Assembly: GCA_973895155.1 (NCBI GenBank)
Contig: OZ316892.1
Location: 6,865,251-6,929,250, forward strand
Source of the DNA: Marsupella aquatica
Taxonomy: Eukaryota; Plantae; Marchantiophyta
Direction: 5' to 3'
DNA length: 64,000 nt
Shown here one piece after another: positions 14,273 to 27,724 of this stretch. The notes below the pieces were generated by a model. It ran no database searches and was not told where the DNA came from. It was given only the letters and a program-made list of their open reading frames with translations. The position numbers and the translations under genes were made by a program. How positions within the stretch are numbered: position 1 is the first letter of the stretch; each line of letters opens with the position of its first letter.

Positions 14273-14825
14273 TGCCCGGTCGGTGCCTTGCCGAAACCTG
14301 ACGAGCGAAGCGACCTTTCGCGGCCGCGAAGGTGTGGAAATTTGTTTTGAAGACGATTCCGGCAAGGGACTGGTATACGAAGGCGCAGGGAACTTTAATA
14401 CCCGAGCCTGCCGGGAACCTCACTGCCCGGTCGGTGCCCTGCCCAGGGAAACGACGTTACCGGCGGTGCAGGTGTGGAAAATTTCGGGACGACTCCGGCG
14501 AGTAGGCATAATCAAGGGAAGCGCAGGGAAATTAATACCCAATCCCGCCGGAGACCGAACTTCCCGGTCGCTGCGTTGCTGAGAGAAGGACGTTACCGGC
14601 CGTGAAGCTGTGGAATTTTCAGGGATATTCCGGCGAGTAGCCAAACTAAACGAAAATGCGGACATTAAATTAATTGATACCGCAGCCCGCCGGGGACCGC
14701 CCTGCCCGGTCAGTGACTTGCCGAAACCTGAGAGGAGTAACGTTTCCGGCAGTGCATGTGTGGAATCATCAAGACGATACCGGCGAGAAAACAGAATAAA
14801 CGAAAGCGCAGAGAAATTAAGAGGA
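14273..14825. repeat. Four diverged tandem units of 137-151 bp upstream of the CCT gene
   Basis: Units start at 14273, 14424, 14561 and 14703 with T(G/T)CCCGGTC. They share the ordered blocks ACGTT(A/T)CCGGC, TGTGGAA, CCGGCGAG and GCGCAG.GAAATTAA. Confidence 0.85.
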
Positions 14826-16865
14826 TCGTGGCATCTCGGTTCGTGCACATTAACAGAATCTTCTGGTGTTTAAGTAAGTTTTACGAAGCTTACTTTTCAG
14901 TGTATATATGCTGGTCTTCTATTATTTTCTTTTAATGAAAATGTATATTTTGGATGGTATTATTGCCTGTAAATGAAATATAATTAATGTTTAAACCTGG
15001 ATTGGTAGTAAAAATTCCTCACTTGGCCCTCGTAGCATAAGTTTTCAACCCCAGTTTTCAACCCCAAAATAGAAATATTCTATATGGTGTACACAGGGCG
15101 ATTTAGAAATAAAATTACTGTAGGTTTTTAATGGTATGAAGCGACCTTATGCACCGTAGATTGTCATATTTGATGTGCAATTCCAGGGTGCAAAATACAG
15201 TCTACTGTAATCCCTCTTCAGTTGTGTGCGGAATTGTGCCCCCCTTAAGTGGAATGGGTACTCAAGTCATAAATTGGCCCACCCTCAAACCTCTCAATGT
15301 TCAGCCAAAAAATAAAACCTGTTCATAGTAAGCACTAATGAAAGCCAAAGTATGGTTCCTTGTACCCAAACTCCCCATGCCCTTCTCTATTTGCAAGCAT
15401 AGTCCAAATTAGCCCCAAGACCTGTGAGTATACATGGGAACTGCTCATTTTTTGTGTTCATCCTTACTCACAAACATCTGAATTTTCTTGTTCATACAGT
15501 TGCACTTGTCAATACACTGCAACCTCAATAAGTGAAATACATACACTGACAATGAAATGTTAGTTGAGCTGGGTGAACCCATGACAAACTGTTTTGGGAA
15601 TGTTCTACAAATATTTATATTTCAATTTTCAATGACATTTTTTACTTTTATAAAGGAATTTTTTTTCTGGTTACATACGTCTTAGTTCACTTATACTTTA
15701 TAAAGCTTTGGTTAAAAGATATGATCAGATTTATTTTGGATTGCATGTGTTTCGAACGTGTTTTGCAATTGACCCCCATAAGAATATTGGCTGCAAATCC
15801 TACAGTAGATGCTTATCAATCATTGTGTGATTTACCTATATCTACAATCTCCATTTCAATATCCAATTTCCAGGAATGGTTGTGCAAGCAACCTCTGGCA
15901 CAAGAGCACATGTTGAATTTCAGGACGAACAAACACTGCCATCAATGCGGTGTAGTGGCTGGGGAGAAACAAACCAAAAAGCTGGCCATAGAGCCCTAAT
16001 TCTTCAGCATTGTTGTGCTTTGCCCCAACTAGCCAAACACTCCAACATTCTTTGAGATCATTTTATTCTTCTTAGGGCACCAAATACAGAGCTCCTCACT
16101 GTATCCCGTGCATGCAATGTTTTTGGTCAATTTTTGTAATTTTGGGCAATTTCTGACCTCATGGTCATCTCATCTCATCAGTTTATCATAGAGGTCAATC
16201 TATGTCGACATATAGATCTCAATGAGATCGTTGGATATCAATAATGGTGTCCAAAATTAGCTCATATTTTGTGGGATCTCTGCAAAAAAAACCCTACTTT
16301 AACATTGGCTGAAAATGGACGGGCAGAGAGACGGGCACTGAGTGAGGTAGGTAAGAGGGGGATGGTACTGATCACTTGGGCAGGAGTTACCAGTGACTTG
16401 GGAGGGGAGGGGTCTAACGGCAGATGTCCCTAAGAGATTTTTATTTCTACTAATTGAGTACAAATATAGGAGAATTTTCAGATTGAGCTTACCCAAATCT
16501 TTGACCATTCATTCTTCTCCATAAATACCCTCAAAATTACAAAGAGACTACAAGGTTGGTCTTTGAAAACCCTCATTCACCACATTTCCCACAACTTGAT
16601 TTAACTTGATATTCATAAATTCAAATATGTTTGACTTTTGGGGATATGCTAGAGGAGTAGGTAGAGTGAATTTGAAGTTTTTGGGGTTGAGTTTTTCATC
16701 ATAAAATGTGGAGGGGTAAGTTTCATTAGATTAAATTTCATTTTGTTCACATGAAATATTTGGTTTGTGTTTTTCCAAGTCTCCTCCTTCTCTAACATGT
16801 TAGTCTGCATGTGCAAACTAACAATCTTTTGGGGGACTCATAATAATCAAGCTATGGGCCCCGAA

Positions 16866-16905
16866 CTCCCATGGACCACCAAAATGTTTTGATGGTCCAA
16901 GGGAG
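16866..16905. repeat. Palindromic hairpin, possible core of an old foldback MITE
   Basis: CTCCCATGGACCACCAAAA-TG-TTTTGATGGTCCAAGGGAG, 17/19 pairing. Confidence 0.65.
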
Positions 16906-16979
16906 CATTGTGTCCCCTATTGTGTCCATCATGGTGGGTCCATCTTGGCTTCAGTTTAAGAAGAAAACACTCATTTTGC

Positions 16980-18621
16980 TCATCTTTCATTGCTGACGTT
17001 CTCTAGGCTGCCTTAGCCCCTACTCCTATGCTCCCTAAGTTAGCAGACTCTCAGGCAGCATTTGGGTTGTTGTTGAGATGCATCCACCCTCGTGCGTCCT
17101 ATTTGGCTCGGACACATCCCCCTACCGAGGATCTTTATCTACACCTCCGAGCGTTTGATGTCTCCATTCGTGAGACTTTGGCCTCTCTTTTAGGGCCAGG
17201 TACTTTGCTCTCATCTCCGTGGCTTCATCGACAGCTCAGTCTTCCTATTTCTCACGGTGGTTTTGGGCTTACTTCCACTGAGCGCCTTGCACCTTTGGCC
17301 TTCTTGGGCGCGTGGGCGGCCGCCTTCTCATTGTTGGCAGATCGTTTCCTTACTGAGGATCGACCTTTTTTACTTTCGTCTCTCATGGAGGTCGAGGAGG
17401 GTTCCCTCCCATTTCAGGTTCATTTGCGCACGGCGCGGTCATCATTACCCGATCCTGTTCGAGCTGCGTTACCTTCATTCCAGGAGTTTTTATCCTTGGA
17501 CCCCGTCCGTCTTCAGGCAGACCTTGTTGGGCGTATGCACGCTTTCACCCTCTCCAGCATCCTCACCGAGGCACCTGACACTGACCGAGCTTGGATTCTT
17601 TCTTCCGGAGGGAAGGGCGCAGGAGGCTGGCTTCAGGCCAATCCAGTCATTCCTCACCTACGGATGTCTTCAGCGGAGTTTGTGACAGCCATGCGTCTTC
17701 GTATGGGCTTGCCCCACCCACTTCTTGCTGGTTTACCTCCTACTTGCACTTGTGGGAAGCCTTGTGATGCCACAGGTGTCCATCTTCTTTGATGCAGTTT
17801 GGGCGGCGAAACCATTTTTGTTCACGATGCTGTGAGAGATGCGAATGCTCAGGTTCTCTCTAGCTCTTTGGTCTGCGCGCGGCGGGAGGTGGTGCTCGAG
17901 TTACCTGGTCCTCCATCACAGCGGTTACGGGTGAATCTTACCATGGTCCGTGAAGGTCACCGTACTTTGACAGATGTAGTGGTGGCAAACCCATTGCGCC
18001 AAGACATCATTGGGACAGCGGCAACAACGGCAGGGGCAGCAGCATCACGAGCAACAACAACGAAGGAAGCCAAATATGCTGCACGAGCTTCATCTGATAG
18101 CTTCCTGCCCCTTGCTCTTGCGATATTTGGGCATCTCCATCATCAGTTCGACGGGCTTCTTTGCCAAGCTGCTCGGGATGTTCACGGCCGGATGGGTCCC
18201 ACCGGGCCCCCGCTATCTATTTTGACCACGCACTTTCGCCAACGCATTTCAGTCACCTTACAGCGTGCTCAAGCTCGGGCCGTCTATCGTCGATCTCTGA
18301 CAGTGGGTGCTAGTGTGACTCCGCAACGGCTAGCCCCCCTAGAGGACATTCCTGTCCCACTTGCCGATCTAGTTTCGACACTTGATGTAGACCACTAGCT
18401 TGTTGCCACATTTGCTAGGTATGATGAGGACCTCGGTCCATTTGCGGTAGTTTTAGTTCCTCTTTCTTGGTTTTTAGGGGTTTCCTTTTGCTCACTTCTT
18501 TTAGTTCCTCTTTCTTGGTTTTTAGGGTTTCCTTTTGCTCACTTCTTTTGAGTTTGGTTTTGCGCACTTGGGACCTCTCTTGTTTATTCTTTTGTACTCT
18601 ATTTGGCCTTTTTCTGCAAAA
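16980..18621 (+). mobile_element. 5'-truncated RLE-type (CRE-like) non-LTR retrotransposon: RT C-terminus, zinc knuckle and restriction-like endonuclease; pseudogenised
   Basis: ORFs 17028-17792 and 17799-18398 are in frame across one TGA. Motifs: QLSLPISHGGFGL; AMRLRMGLP; CTC...HLL*C knuckle; HDAVRD (RH/HD); degenerate PD..D (RVNL...TDVVV); KEAKY; FLPLALAIFG; RISVTLQR. The 3' UTR has a ~47-bp tandem duplication and a short A-run near 18620. Confidence 0.85.
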
Positions 18622-18884
18622 AGTATGTGTATATTTCCTGAGGGCATTAAGTGTTCTTGTAGCTGTTTGCTTTTATATTAGTCCCAATATTAGTGGCACA
18701 TTGGGAATGAGATGCAAACTTTAAGCAAGGGCTTTGGCTGATATTAATCTTCTGGGGAGGAGGAGTTGGTGTGAAATAAGTTAACTTTTACTAGCCACTT
18801 TCCGTCATGGATCCAGCAATCTGACCCGGCTTCATGGTAGATGATCATTGGGAAACCAGGTCACAGAATGTGCTACAATATACT

Positions 18885-19112
18885 CAAGTCAAATATAACT
18901 GCCCCCATCACCCCTCACCTAGGCCTCCCCATAGCCTTCCACCCCTCAAAGTTGACTCCAACCTGGGTCGAAGTCTCAACCGGAGGGGAGGGGTGTGCAT
19001 GCATCTGTGCAGCAAAGCATGCCTGTGCAAGCACAATGGTGCAGGTGGAGCACCAAGGGTGAGTGCTACCCTGCCCTAGGCGAGGGGTAATGGGATGGTT
19101 AGCCTTGACCCA
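18885..19112. mobile_element. Old MITE-like inverted-repeat element
   Basis: CCCATCACCCCTCACCTAGG (~18904) versus CCTAGGCGAGGGGTAATGGG (~19075), 18/20 complementary, with weaker pairing outward. Confidence 0.45.
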
Positions 19113-21329
19113 AGGGCATTTTTAGATGTTGGATTGTGTGAGGCGGCAGCCTCTGCAACATGATACTGCCACAAAGCGATTGGTTATGCCGTGAAGGAAA
19201 ATGATGGCATCATAGTTATTCAACTAAAAAGGTGGCAATCTAATCAAATTCAGTTTGAACTAGACCTAGTTAGAGACAGAAATTCTAGAGATATAAAGTC
19301 AGAAGGGATTCTCACCCTGAATGGTGTATTCAGATTAGATTCCTGAGCTTTTCTCAAACAATTGCAGAGCCAACACTGTATTTAAGCTTCCATGAGATCA
19401 ATTGAAACAAGAAACTCAAGCAGGAGACAATGATTTTGACATTGAGTCTGAATTCAAAAGTCTCAAGGGAGACTGTGCTTGTGAGTAGGCTGCTATGGGC
19501 ATAGGGAGTCTGGGTACATGAAGCCTAACCCATGCATAAGCACGGGTACTGGGCCTAGTACAAACAAAAAAGAAAGAGACCAGAGTTGACAGTCCAAATC
19601 CAGTTACAGAAGCAAGTTTTTTGGTAGCTGTTAAACTCAATTGAGCTTTAACCCCGATGGGACTGTCCCTTCCTTGGGTTTGAAGATTACATGCTTTCTT
19701 TCTCTTGTCCCTGCATTGTTTTCTTTCTTTTTTTCCTTCAGCATGACTCAGGAGTTTATGCATGATAGGGATGATGAAATCAATATCAACAAGGTGTCTT
19801 TTCATGGGGATGGGAAAGTCTTCCATCAACAACATTAGCATCTAAAAATAAACGTAAAAACAACAACAACCCAGTATAGTTTCCGAGCATTTCTTCAATA
19901 TTACTAGATCTATCAAGCCCTGTAGTACGCCAAATCTTATGATGGAGGACTAGCACATCACCCGTGCCATTGGCATGGGGTCCTAAGTCTCATCCAATTT
20001 GAGCTATTTTATTTATCCAAATTGAGCTTTTTCTCAGCTTTTTTTAATCTATAGCACTGGGAAATTAACTGTGAGGACCACATTTCTCTTGAAGAGACAT
20101 CTGGATGTATTTGGTTGTCAAATATACAGGTTGGGCAAATATACAGGCCACTGCCTGACCCAATGCCCGACCTAATAGCAAGATGGCCTTTGTTCCCTTT
20201 GAATTTTTTGGAGTCCACACTTGATTTCGATCTTACGCTTTTTTATTCTCGGCGTTGATTTAAACGTGGTGAAAACCAGAGCAACATTATTGTTGAAATG
20301 TTTTTAAAAACAAAAGTAACAACTTCCCTGAAAAGGAGGCCAAGAGAGTAAAAAGGCCAAATCTAGATGTTGTAGCTTTGCATTCAAAATAATACTTACC
20401 TCGAATAGTAAACATATCAGAAGTCAAGACCTTAAAGTAGGTAACAGTGAGATTGTGGTGGACCCAGAACGTGACAAAATAATGCAAATGTTTTCTTTTT
20501 CAATATTCTTGTGTGGGACCAAACTCGCACTTTATAGTCCACTGGGCAGTGGGCAATGGGCAATGAAACACCGCAGCACAAAAGTGATGGTAATTATTAT
20601 TACTTCCCAACCCTAAAAAATATACTAGCCGGAATACTCGTTCTTTGAACAAATTGAGGCGAAGAGGAAAAAGGATGTGCGGGAAAATGGATTCCTTTTC
20701 GCAACAACAACTGTAGTCGTCCTTTTTTTAATAATAAGACTAGTCACCCTCTAGTATCTAGCTTCTCTACTCAAATTATTATTTAGGTGCAATGAGTCCT
20801 ATCTACAGTACTTTCCCATGTTGGAAAGTGCCAACACCCAAAGCTTCAATAGAATCCATTACATTTAAGGATGTCAGAAATAATATTTTGTCGCCTCTTC
20901 CAAATCCATATATGCCTTACATAATTTGGAACCCGTAGCTGCTCCCTCCCAAGAACAGCCCCAGTTCCCCTCTTGGAAATCCTCACACCCTCCTGACTGG
21001 TGGCCTCCAAAATCTACCCCACTCCCCATCAGAAAATTCTTCCTCACTGCCCGTTCCAAAATCCTTGCCTCTCACAAATTAGCCAATACAGATCAGTTCC
21101 CCCTCCCCTCCTGGAAAACAAGTAGTGCTCTCTCCCAAAACTGTCCCACAAGGATATCCTCAAGTGAGCCTCCTTTATACCTCCTCCTCAATTGTACCTC
21201 CATCTTCTCAATCATACCTGGTACCTTGACCTCTTTAATATCTACTCTGTGTCACCTTCCACTCAACTATAATTTCTTTTTATGAATTTTGCATTAAGTC
21301 ATATATCTAATTATTCAAAAATTAAGCTA

Positions 21330-22650
21330 CACTCTTTACAGTATTTTGTCTCATACACTCTAATTATTATGAGGTTATATTTGAGATAAATGACAATAAT
21401 TAGGGTGTGTGATATTAATATGGTATGACACTAATTATGGTCACATGTCAAATAGTGTCACACACACTTAAGTTAAAACAAATAGAAGGAACAATAGTCA
21501 AAACTTGCTAATAAAAAAATTAAAAATCTGCACAATATTTTATTACAGTTTACAAAATTTACTACTCAAACATTGAGAAAACTTCAAAAAGTTATCTCCT
21601 TCCATATACTACTAAAACATTGAAAATTTTCAGAAATTTATAACTCCATCTCACATAGTACAAATTACAGTTTGGGGTACTCAATCACATAGAGCAAACA
21701 AGACCTGTTCGATTCACTTTTATCAACTATGACTAACACATGTTGTCTCACATAAGCTACAAACTAACATCCTTTTCACTCTCCTACAACCTGTCCCCTG
21801 TGTCTCATCCTTGCAAGACAGTATACAGCCCCAAGAGAAGTGGGTTGAGCCGGCTCTTCACCTGGTTCACCAACATCAGGAGCCACTTCAACAGTAGCAT
21901 CAATGTCAAAGCCAACTCGACTCCCTTCAAAATTCACTCAATACTTTACTATGATATTCTGAAGCTTAGGTGTAAATTGATTTTCATACTATACACCATT
22001 CACATTTAGAGATAAACCGGTGTGTATCATTGAATTTTGGGCACAAGACATGGCATGTCTGTCAACATAACTATTCAGCTCAGCTACAAAGTCCCTTGCC
22101 AATGTAAAAAAAACAATGTTTGCCTGGATTTATCAATTTCCCAGATGTGCTCTGTGCCCCAGTCCCCAGATTTTGTGGGGTCTTCATTTATCATTTTTGG
22201 ATGTGCAACGAGGATAAGCCAAAGGAGATGCAGATTAATTACCAGTGACATTTTGACATTGTCTTGATTCTCTCTTGGATTCTCTTTCCCCTGGTCTAGC
22301 AAATCCAGCTATGATGGCCAATCCATTCCCGCCATGTTATCAATCTGTCAACCTCCTTTCACAAAGACTGACAAGCTAAAGCACAAAGAAACTTTCTAAG
22401 AACATACACACAAAGAGATGTAAGTGGTAGTCCGGATAACTTTGGAGTGGTCCAGTTTAGGGTTACCACCAATAACATTATTACCTCTAATTATCAATAT
22501 TTTTCAATATGTTATTTTATTTTTCAAAATTAGGGGTGACGGTAAATAGTGTCACTTGGCTGAAAATCAAGGGCTACATCTAATTAGTGTGTGTGATACT
22601 AATTGTTAGTGACACTAATTGTTTCGTGACACTAAATACTGTAAAGAGTG
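21330..22650. mobile_element. Non-autonomous TIR DNA transposon with CAC...GTG ends, TA TSD and subterminal GACACTAATT/GTGTGTGAT repeats
   Basis: Perfect 17-bp TIR CACTCTTTACAGTATTT / AAATACTGTAAAGAGTG, flanked by TA at 21328-29 and 22651-52. The interior has no intact ORF. Confidence 0.85.
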
Positions 22651-23377
22651 TACCTAGGGCTTCACTCTATCATTAGCTTGAGAATACTAGCCTCAATGTC
22701 CGAGTTGTGCTCATACAAGATGGTGAGTATCATTTTGTGTATCTCAAATTTCCAACCAACCTTACCTGGGCCCCGGGTAGAGTTATGATTTACTCTAGAC
22801 CATCAACCCTTATCATAGCTTTTGAGCTTGCTTTACCAGGTGATGTTGTCTGGACTCGAATTGAGAACTATAGCCTAAACAGTAAATGAATGAAGTCTCC
22901 TTGAGCAGAAGGTCTTACATTCAATTTTTTCTGTATCATATCTATGATCATGAAACTGTGCAAGATCTTCCCATGAAGCGAGGTTGCCCATTACCCTTGT
23001 TCAAACACATCCTCTTACACCCATTAATGTGCTAAGGTCCAAGACCAAACCCATAGTGGGCATGGTCCACCCCTCTCTCCAAACTCAAAGAAAAGACGAC
23101 AATCCCCACAAAGAGGATGGCAAGATAAAATCATTTATATCTTAGTTGGACCAGAAAAGACCAGTTTACCAAAGAACAGCCAAACAAGTACAAAACACAA
23201 CTGAAGCACCCGAGTGGATTGTGAAGGACCCAAGAGAACGTTGGAGGAAAGCTGTGATACGCAAGAGCGCGTAGAGCTTCAAGTTGGGCAGGTATACAGG
23301 TTGTCTTATATCAGCCAAATAAAAATATAGTTTACATCTTTGATTCGCAGAGTATAGTATTGGACTAGTATATAAGT

Positions 23378-23398
23378 TCCCCCCCCCCCCCCCCCCAA

Positions 23399-23423
<25 letters not shown>
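23378..23423. repeat. Poly-C run followed by an (AT)n microsatellite
   Basis: Directly visible in the sequence. Confidence 0.9.
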
Positions 23424-23430
<7 letters not shown>

Positions 23431-24848
23431 ATAAAATCTCATATCCTAGACCGGATAGAGTTTAAGGCAGGCTATACCAAGGTAAGAAGGGTAAAGATAT
23501 AGTGAATTAAAATTCATAATAGCAGTTTTTGGTTCAAAACTTGAACACAAAGTCAAATATATTATGAAGAAAAATCATAAATCACCTCTAGCTGGACTCT
23601 AACCTTCGTTAAGTTGGTTAGGGCAGTGGACCTTGTAACCCACAAATCTAGTTATAGCTGAGTTTCCTCTTGCATCTTTCCCCTTGTGTGCACCACTATA
23701 CTGCTTGGGGACACGGTGCCATGCAATTCCAGGGTTGAAATTTCAAAGATACTAACATGCTCTACTTGGCTCCTATATTTTCTCTCAAACTTAGCTCCAA
23801 TCTCATGTGAGTTTTGGGTAATTGCACTATCCTTGTACACAAGATAATTAAGCCAAAAAAAAATCAAAAGGACACGAAAAATATCCTGAATAGAAAAGCT
23901 TTTTCTCTCGGTATTTGTGCAGGTCTTAATGTGTCACTGCCATATCCATACAAAGCCAAAACGTGTTTGCAAAATGCAGAGCAATGAGGAGATGACTTGT
24001 GTTGTTGCGCAGTGTCACCCAGCTCTATTGTATGGATCTCTTTTGAATTTTTTACCTGTAAATATAATATATTTCAATTACTAAAAAGCACCAAATCCAA
24101 ACAAAAAGGTTGGGATATCAGTGCATTTGTTTTATGAGAGAGATGCGCCTAACGTCCTTGTGCTTGTGCAAGGTATCAGTCTTGTGTTGGATGCAAAAAC
24201 TCATACCCCTATTTCAAGTTCTTTCTTAAATCATGTCGACGTTAGGACTATCCACATTGTATCCTACATGCTGATATGCAATAAAATGGATTTTCACCAT
24301 GTCTTATTCCCCAGTTTTGGTTCTCATGTAGGCAATGGATGTCAATTGCTCTCCATTCAATATTCTTGCCTTGCTGAGGCGGTTGTTTTAGTCTCTAGCA
24401 AAATTCCTCTTGGTGGCGTCACTCCGGAGCTCTACCAGCCTTTAGTTCTTTTGTCGTTGTTCAGGCCTCTTGGGTTTTTTTTGGCTACTATGGTCTTCAA
24501 GGATTGTTCCTCCTTTTATGGGGTAAATTGCCTTCTTGTCTCCTGGTGTGGTGTCTTTTGTTCTTCGGCAATGCTTAGAAAAACTTAAGCCTTCCATGGC
24601 ATGATTGTTTTCAGGACAGTAAATAAATTTTTTCCTTTAAAAAACTGGTATGTTAACTATGTTAGTTCTTAATCATTCCCTGCACTTGGAAGACTTTTGC
24701 TTTGTATAAGGGAACTTTGGCTCTTTGACACTAATCCTCTATTTGTTTATTTCTAAGCCGGAGCAAAGACTGTTCACTCTTGGTATGGTGAAGAGTTGTT
24801 CCACTTGCCTTCATATTCTGTCTCTTTGTTGTTGTTGCAGATTTCATA

Positions 24849-24905
24849 AGCCATATGTCCACTATAATTAACAGGACTAGATATAATTATAGTGGACACA
24901 TAGCT
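24849..24905. repeat. Short hairpin
   Basis: TGTCCACTATAATTA (24856-70) / TAATTATAGTGGACA (24884-98) is a perfect 15-bp stem that extends imperfectly outward. Confidence 0.8.
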
Positions 24906-25782
24906 ACAGTCTACATGGTCTCATGCTTAAAACTGGGTACCCACTTTGGAGATTGGACTGTGGAGTTGTGCTATATAGGATGCTACTCAAGGTAGATTAT
25001 TTTTTGAAGCTCACAATTGGTATGATGGACTTTTCAAGCTTAAACCAATGAATTTGAATAATTGGAAAACATTCAAAGGATAACCCACACGTTGCAAATT
25101 TGGAAATGTAACTGTCCACTTAAGCACATTGTGGGATAAAATGTCCTTAAAAATGAGAGCTCCAACTCAAGTGTTGAGTGACTATTATTGCTCACAAAGC
25201 TCTGGAAATGGGACTCAAATACATTTAACTGTATGAGAGTTTTTATTTTCACTAATCTTCAAAATATGTAGAGGAGAATCTTACTAAAGTGGTGATCCAA
25301 AATCTTGCCCCAACATTCTCGTCCAAGTGAAAAATCACGAGTGAGATTAAGCTACTGTAGTTCAGTAACTACCAAGTTCTAATTAAAAGCGAAGTGATTA
25401 GTACATTATTAGTTACCACAGTGGCATATCCAAGGCAAAATGCTGCACACAGTCATGCAGTACAATGCTACAGTTGAGGCTACGATGTCAAATTAAAGGT
25501 TCCCTCTACTCCAATTAAATAATTAAGCTAGTAGACCCTGATACTGGCGTTTGCCGTGCCACAGCTGCATGCTTGCCCAAACCAACCCGGCCTGTCCGAG
25601 GCTCTGCCCGCTGGCCATTTGTCGGCCGGTTTTATCCTCGAAATATGGCGGCTCGCTAAGAGAATCAACGACGAATCTCGGGATCTGCCCGTCATTTAGT
25701 TGGGCAGAATAATAAATAATGTCATGTAAAGTATTATTCCCTCTTCCGCCCCTTCACTCTCCTTTGCCCCCTTCCTCCCAAC

Positions 25783-25852
25783 ATTATCTCCCCCTCTTTG
25801 GAGACAGCACATCATAAATTATCTCCCCCTCTTTGGAGACAGCACATCATAA
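25783..25852. repeat. Tandem duplication of ~35 bp
   Basis: ATTATCTCCCCC(C)TCTTTGGAGACAGCACATCATAA x2. Confidence 0.85.
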
Positions 25853-27724
25853 TTATAGCCTTTTCCAGGGATTTTCTTTTTAATAAATCTCATTTAATAA
25901 GTGTGGCTTTACGAGAAGTTGGTGGCATTTGAAAGAAAGAAAATTTGATCTCAAAATCTCATCAGGCCTTGGAAAGATACAATTGTTCCCTTTTTTACTT
26001 GGAAGGGCTTGGAAAGATCCAATTGTTCGCTTTTTTACTTGGGATGGAGTGGGGTCCAAATCTTGCTCATGTGGAGTACTAACTATATCTAGAGTTACAA
26101 TAGTAACCATAGTTAAGGTTGACCTTAGTCGCAAACCAGGTTAGGTTAGTCATGTCGCACACTATATATCAAGTGATGTTTGCTTGGATAGGAGGGAAAA
26201 TCACACTCATTGTTACGGAGTTAATTGAGAGATAGAGAAATCTTATATTGCGGAGACTAGATATGACTGATAGGCCTAGAGTGTAGTATAGATCTCATGT
26301 GTTGGATGTAGACTCAGCTAAAGTGAACCACATGTCTCTCTAGGTTGATTATTGTGTATTGGAGGATCATGGGCTTGCCATTGTGGATGTCTTGTTTTCT
26401 CAACACATTTGACAGCTTGGTCCATTTCTATTTTGAATTAAAGTGTATCCTCATACCCTTCTTCAGATCTCCCATGATAACTATGACGGATGTACACTAT
26501 CTTTAGGATGTTAAGTGACTAATAGATTATCTTTGGTAAAAACAACACAAGCTTCCCCCAAGGTATTGTAAGGCCACCCTAAGATCCCCCAAAAACTGTT
26601 TCTGAGAGATGCGAAAGTCCAAAAAAGGGGATGTTGAGCCCAATCTCTATCTCCTTTGAGCAAGCGGAAGGCAATGCAAAAGTGCTTAACAAATATATGG
26701 GAAAGCTCATTACACAACTTCTGCACTATCTTTCCAATTAAGCCCATGATGTGCATGATTTGACATGAAAGTGTTGGTATTTTCGAAGACTATTGATCCC
26801 AACAACCGTTCATATAGTAGGTAGTGGCAGGCATGCTTTGACACATAAATTCATACCATAAGTAGACCAATGGCAGTGATTTGCATGAGTACTGAGAACT
26901 AGGCATGGATAGAGATGGTGAGGCACGGATGGAGAGGCAAAGTGCATAGGGCAAGGCCAAAGCATGGAGGGCATACCAGGAGGTGTTTGGGCTGATCCAA
27001 TGGTGATGATAAACATTCTTCAGCAACTGGCCAAGCCCAGATGACATTTTGTAAACAGATGATTGCTTCCAAAGGGCCAGATCTGATGGTGCTTGATTTG
27101 TCATTGAATTCATGATTACTCAGCATATTGAAGCCAGAGTCCTTTACTCGTGTTCTAACCAATTTTTTGTAATTTTGGCTGTACTTATGAAGATGGAGGT
27201 GCCCTGAATCTGGATCTGGAACCCTTCATGCATGCGTAGGTATAAATTTGTTCTACAACAAATTACCTACCAACATTTCTATGTTTGTACCCCACACTTC
27301 TATATATAGAATAAGAGTTGCTTGGGGTTACAAGGCTAATAAGTGAAGGCTAGAACCCTTGCCCAGACCCCCTTCATGCTACAAGATTATTCTCGGAAAA
27401 ACTACAGCGACGAATTTCTAGACAAGAGATTATTTCAGTAGCAAATGATGTGAAATGGTTACACCTTGGTAATCTATATTAGGACACATATACTGCATGT
27501 TTCTACCCCTCGAGTTGATAAAATCCTACAGCGTATTATCGTACTTTTCAAGTCTTCGTTTCACCGAGCCAACATTTTGTCATTTTCATCCGTGCCCTTC
27601 CTAATTATTCTCTCAGGCAATGAGTGCGCATCTTCTATATATACAGAGTTCCAAAATGAACAAATTGACCAGTGTAATTGCACTGCCCAAAAAAGAAATC
27701 TCATGAGAACTTTAAAATGGGAAT

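Noticed and set aside
12796-14873. Many overlapping 100-210 aa ORFs
   Set aside because: Low-complexity, GC-rich leader/promoter sequence with no domains.
26780-27260. Possible L1 zf-RVT remnant on the minus strand (NHLFTKC); similar hints at ~43000-44600
   Set aside because: Too degenerate to support a feature call by eye.
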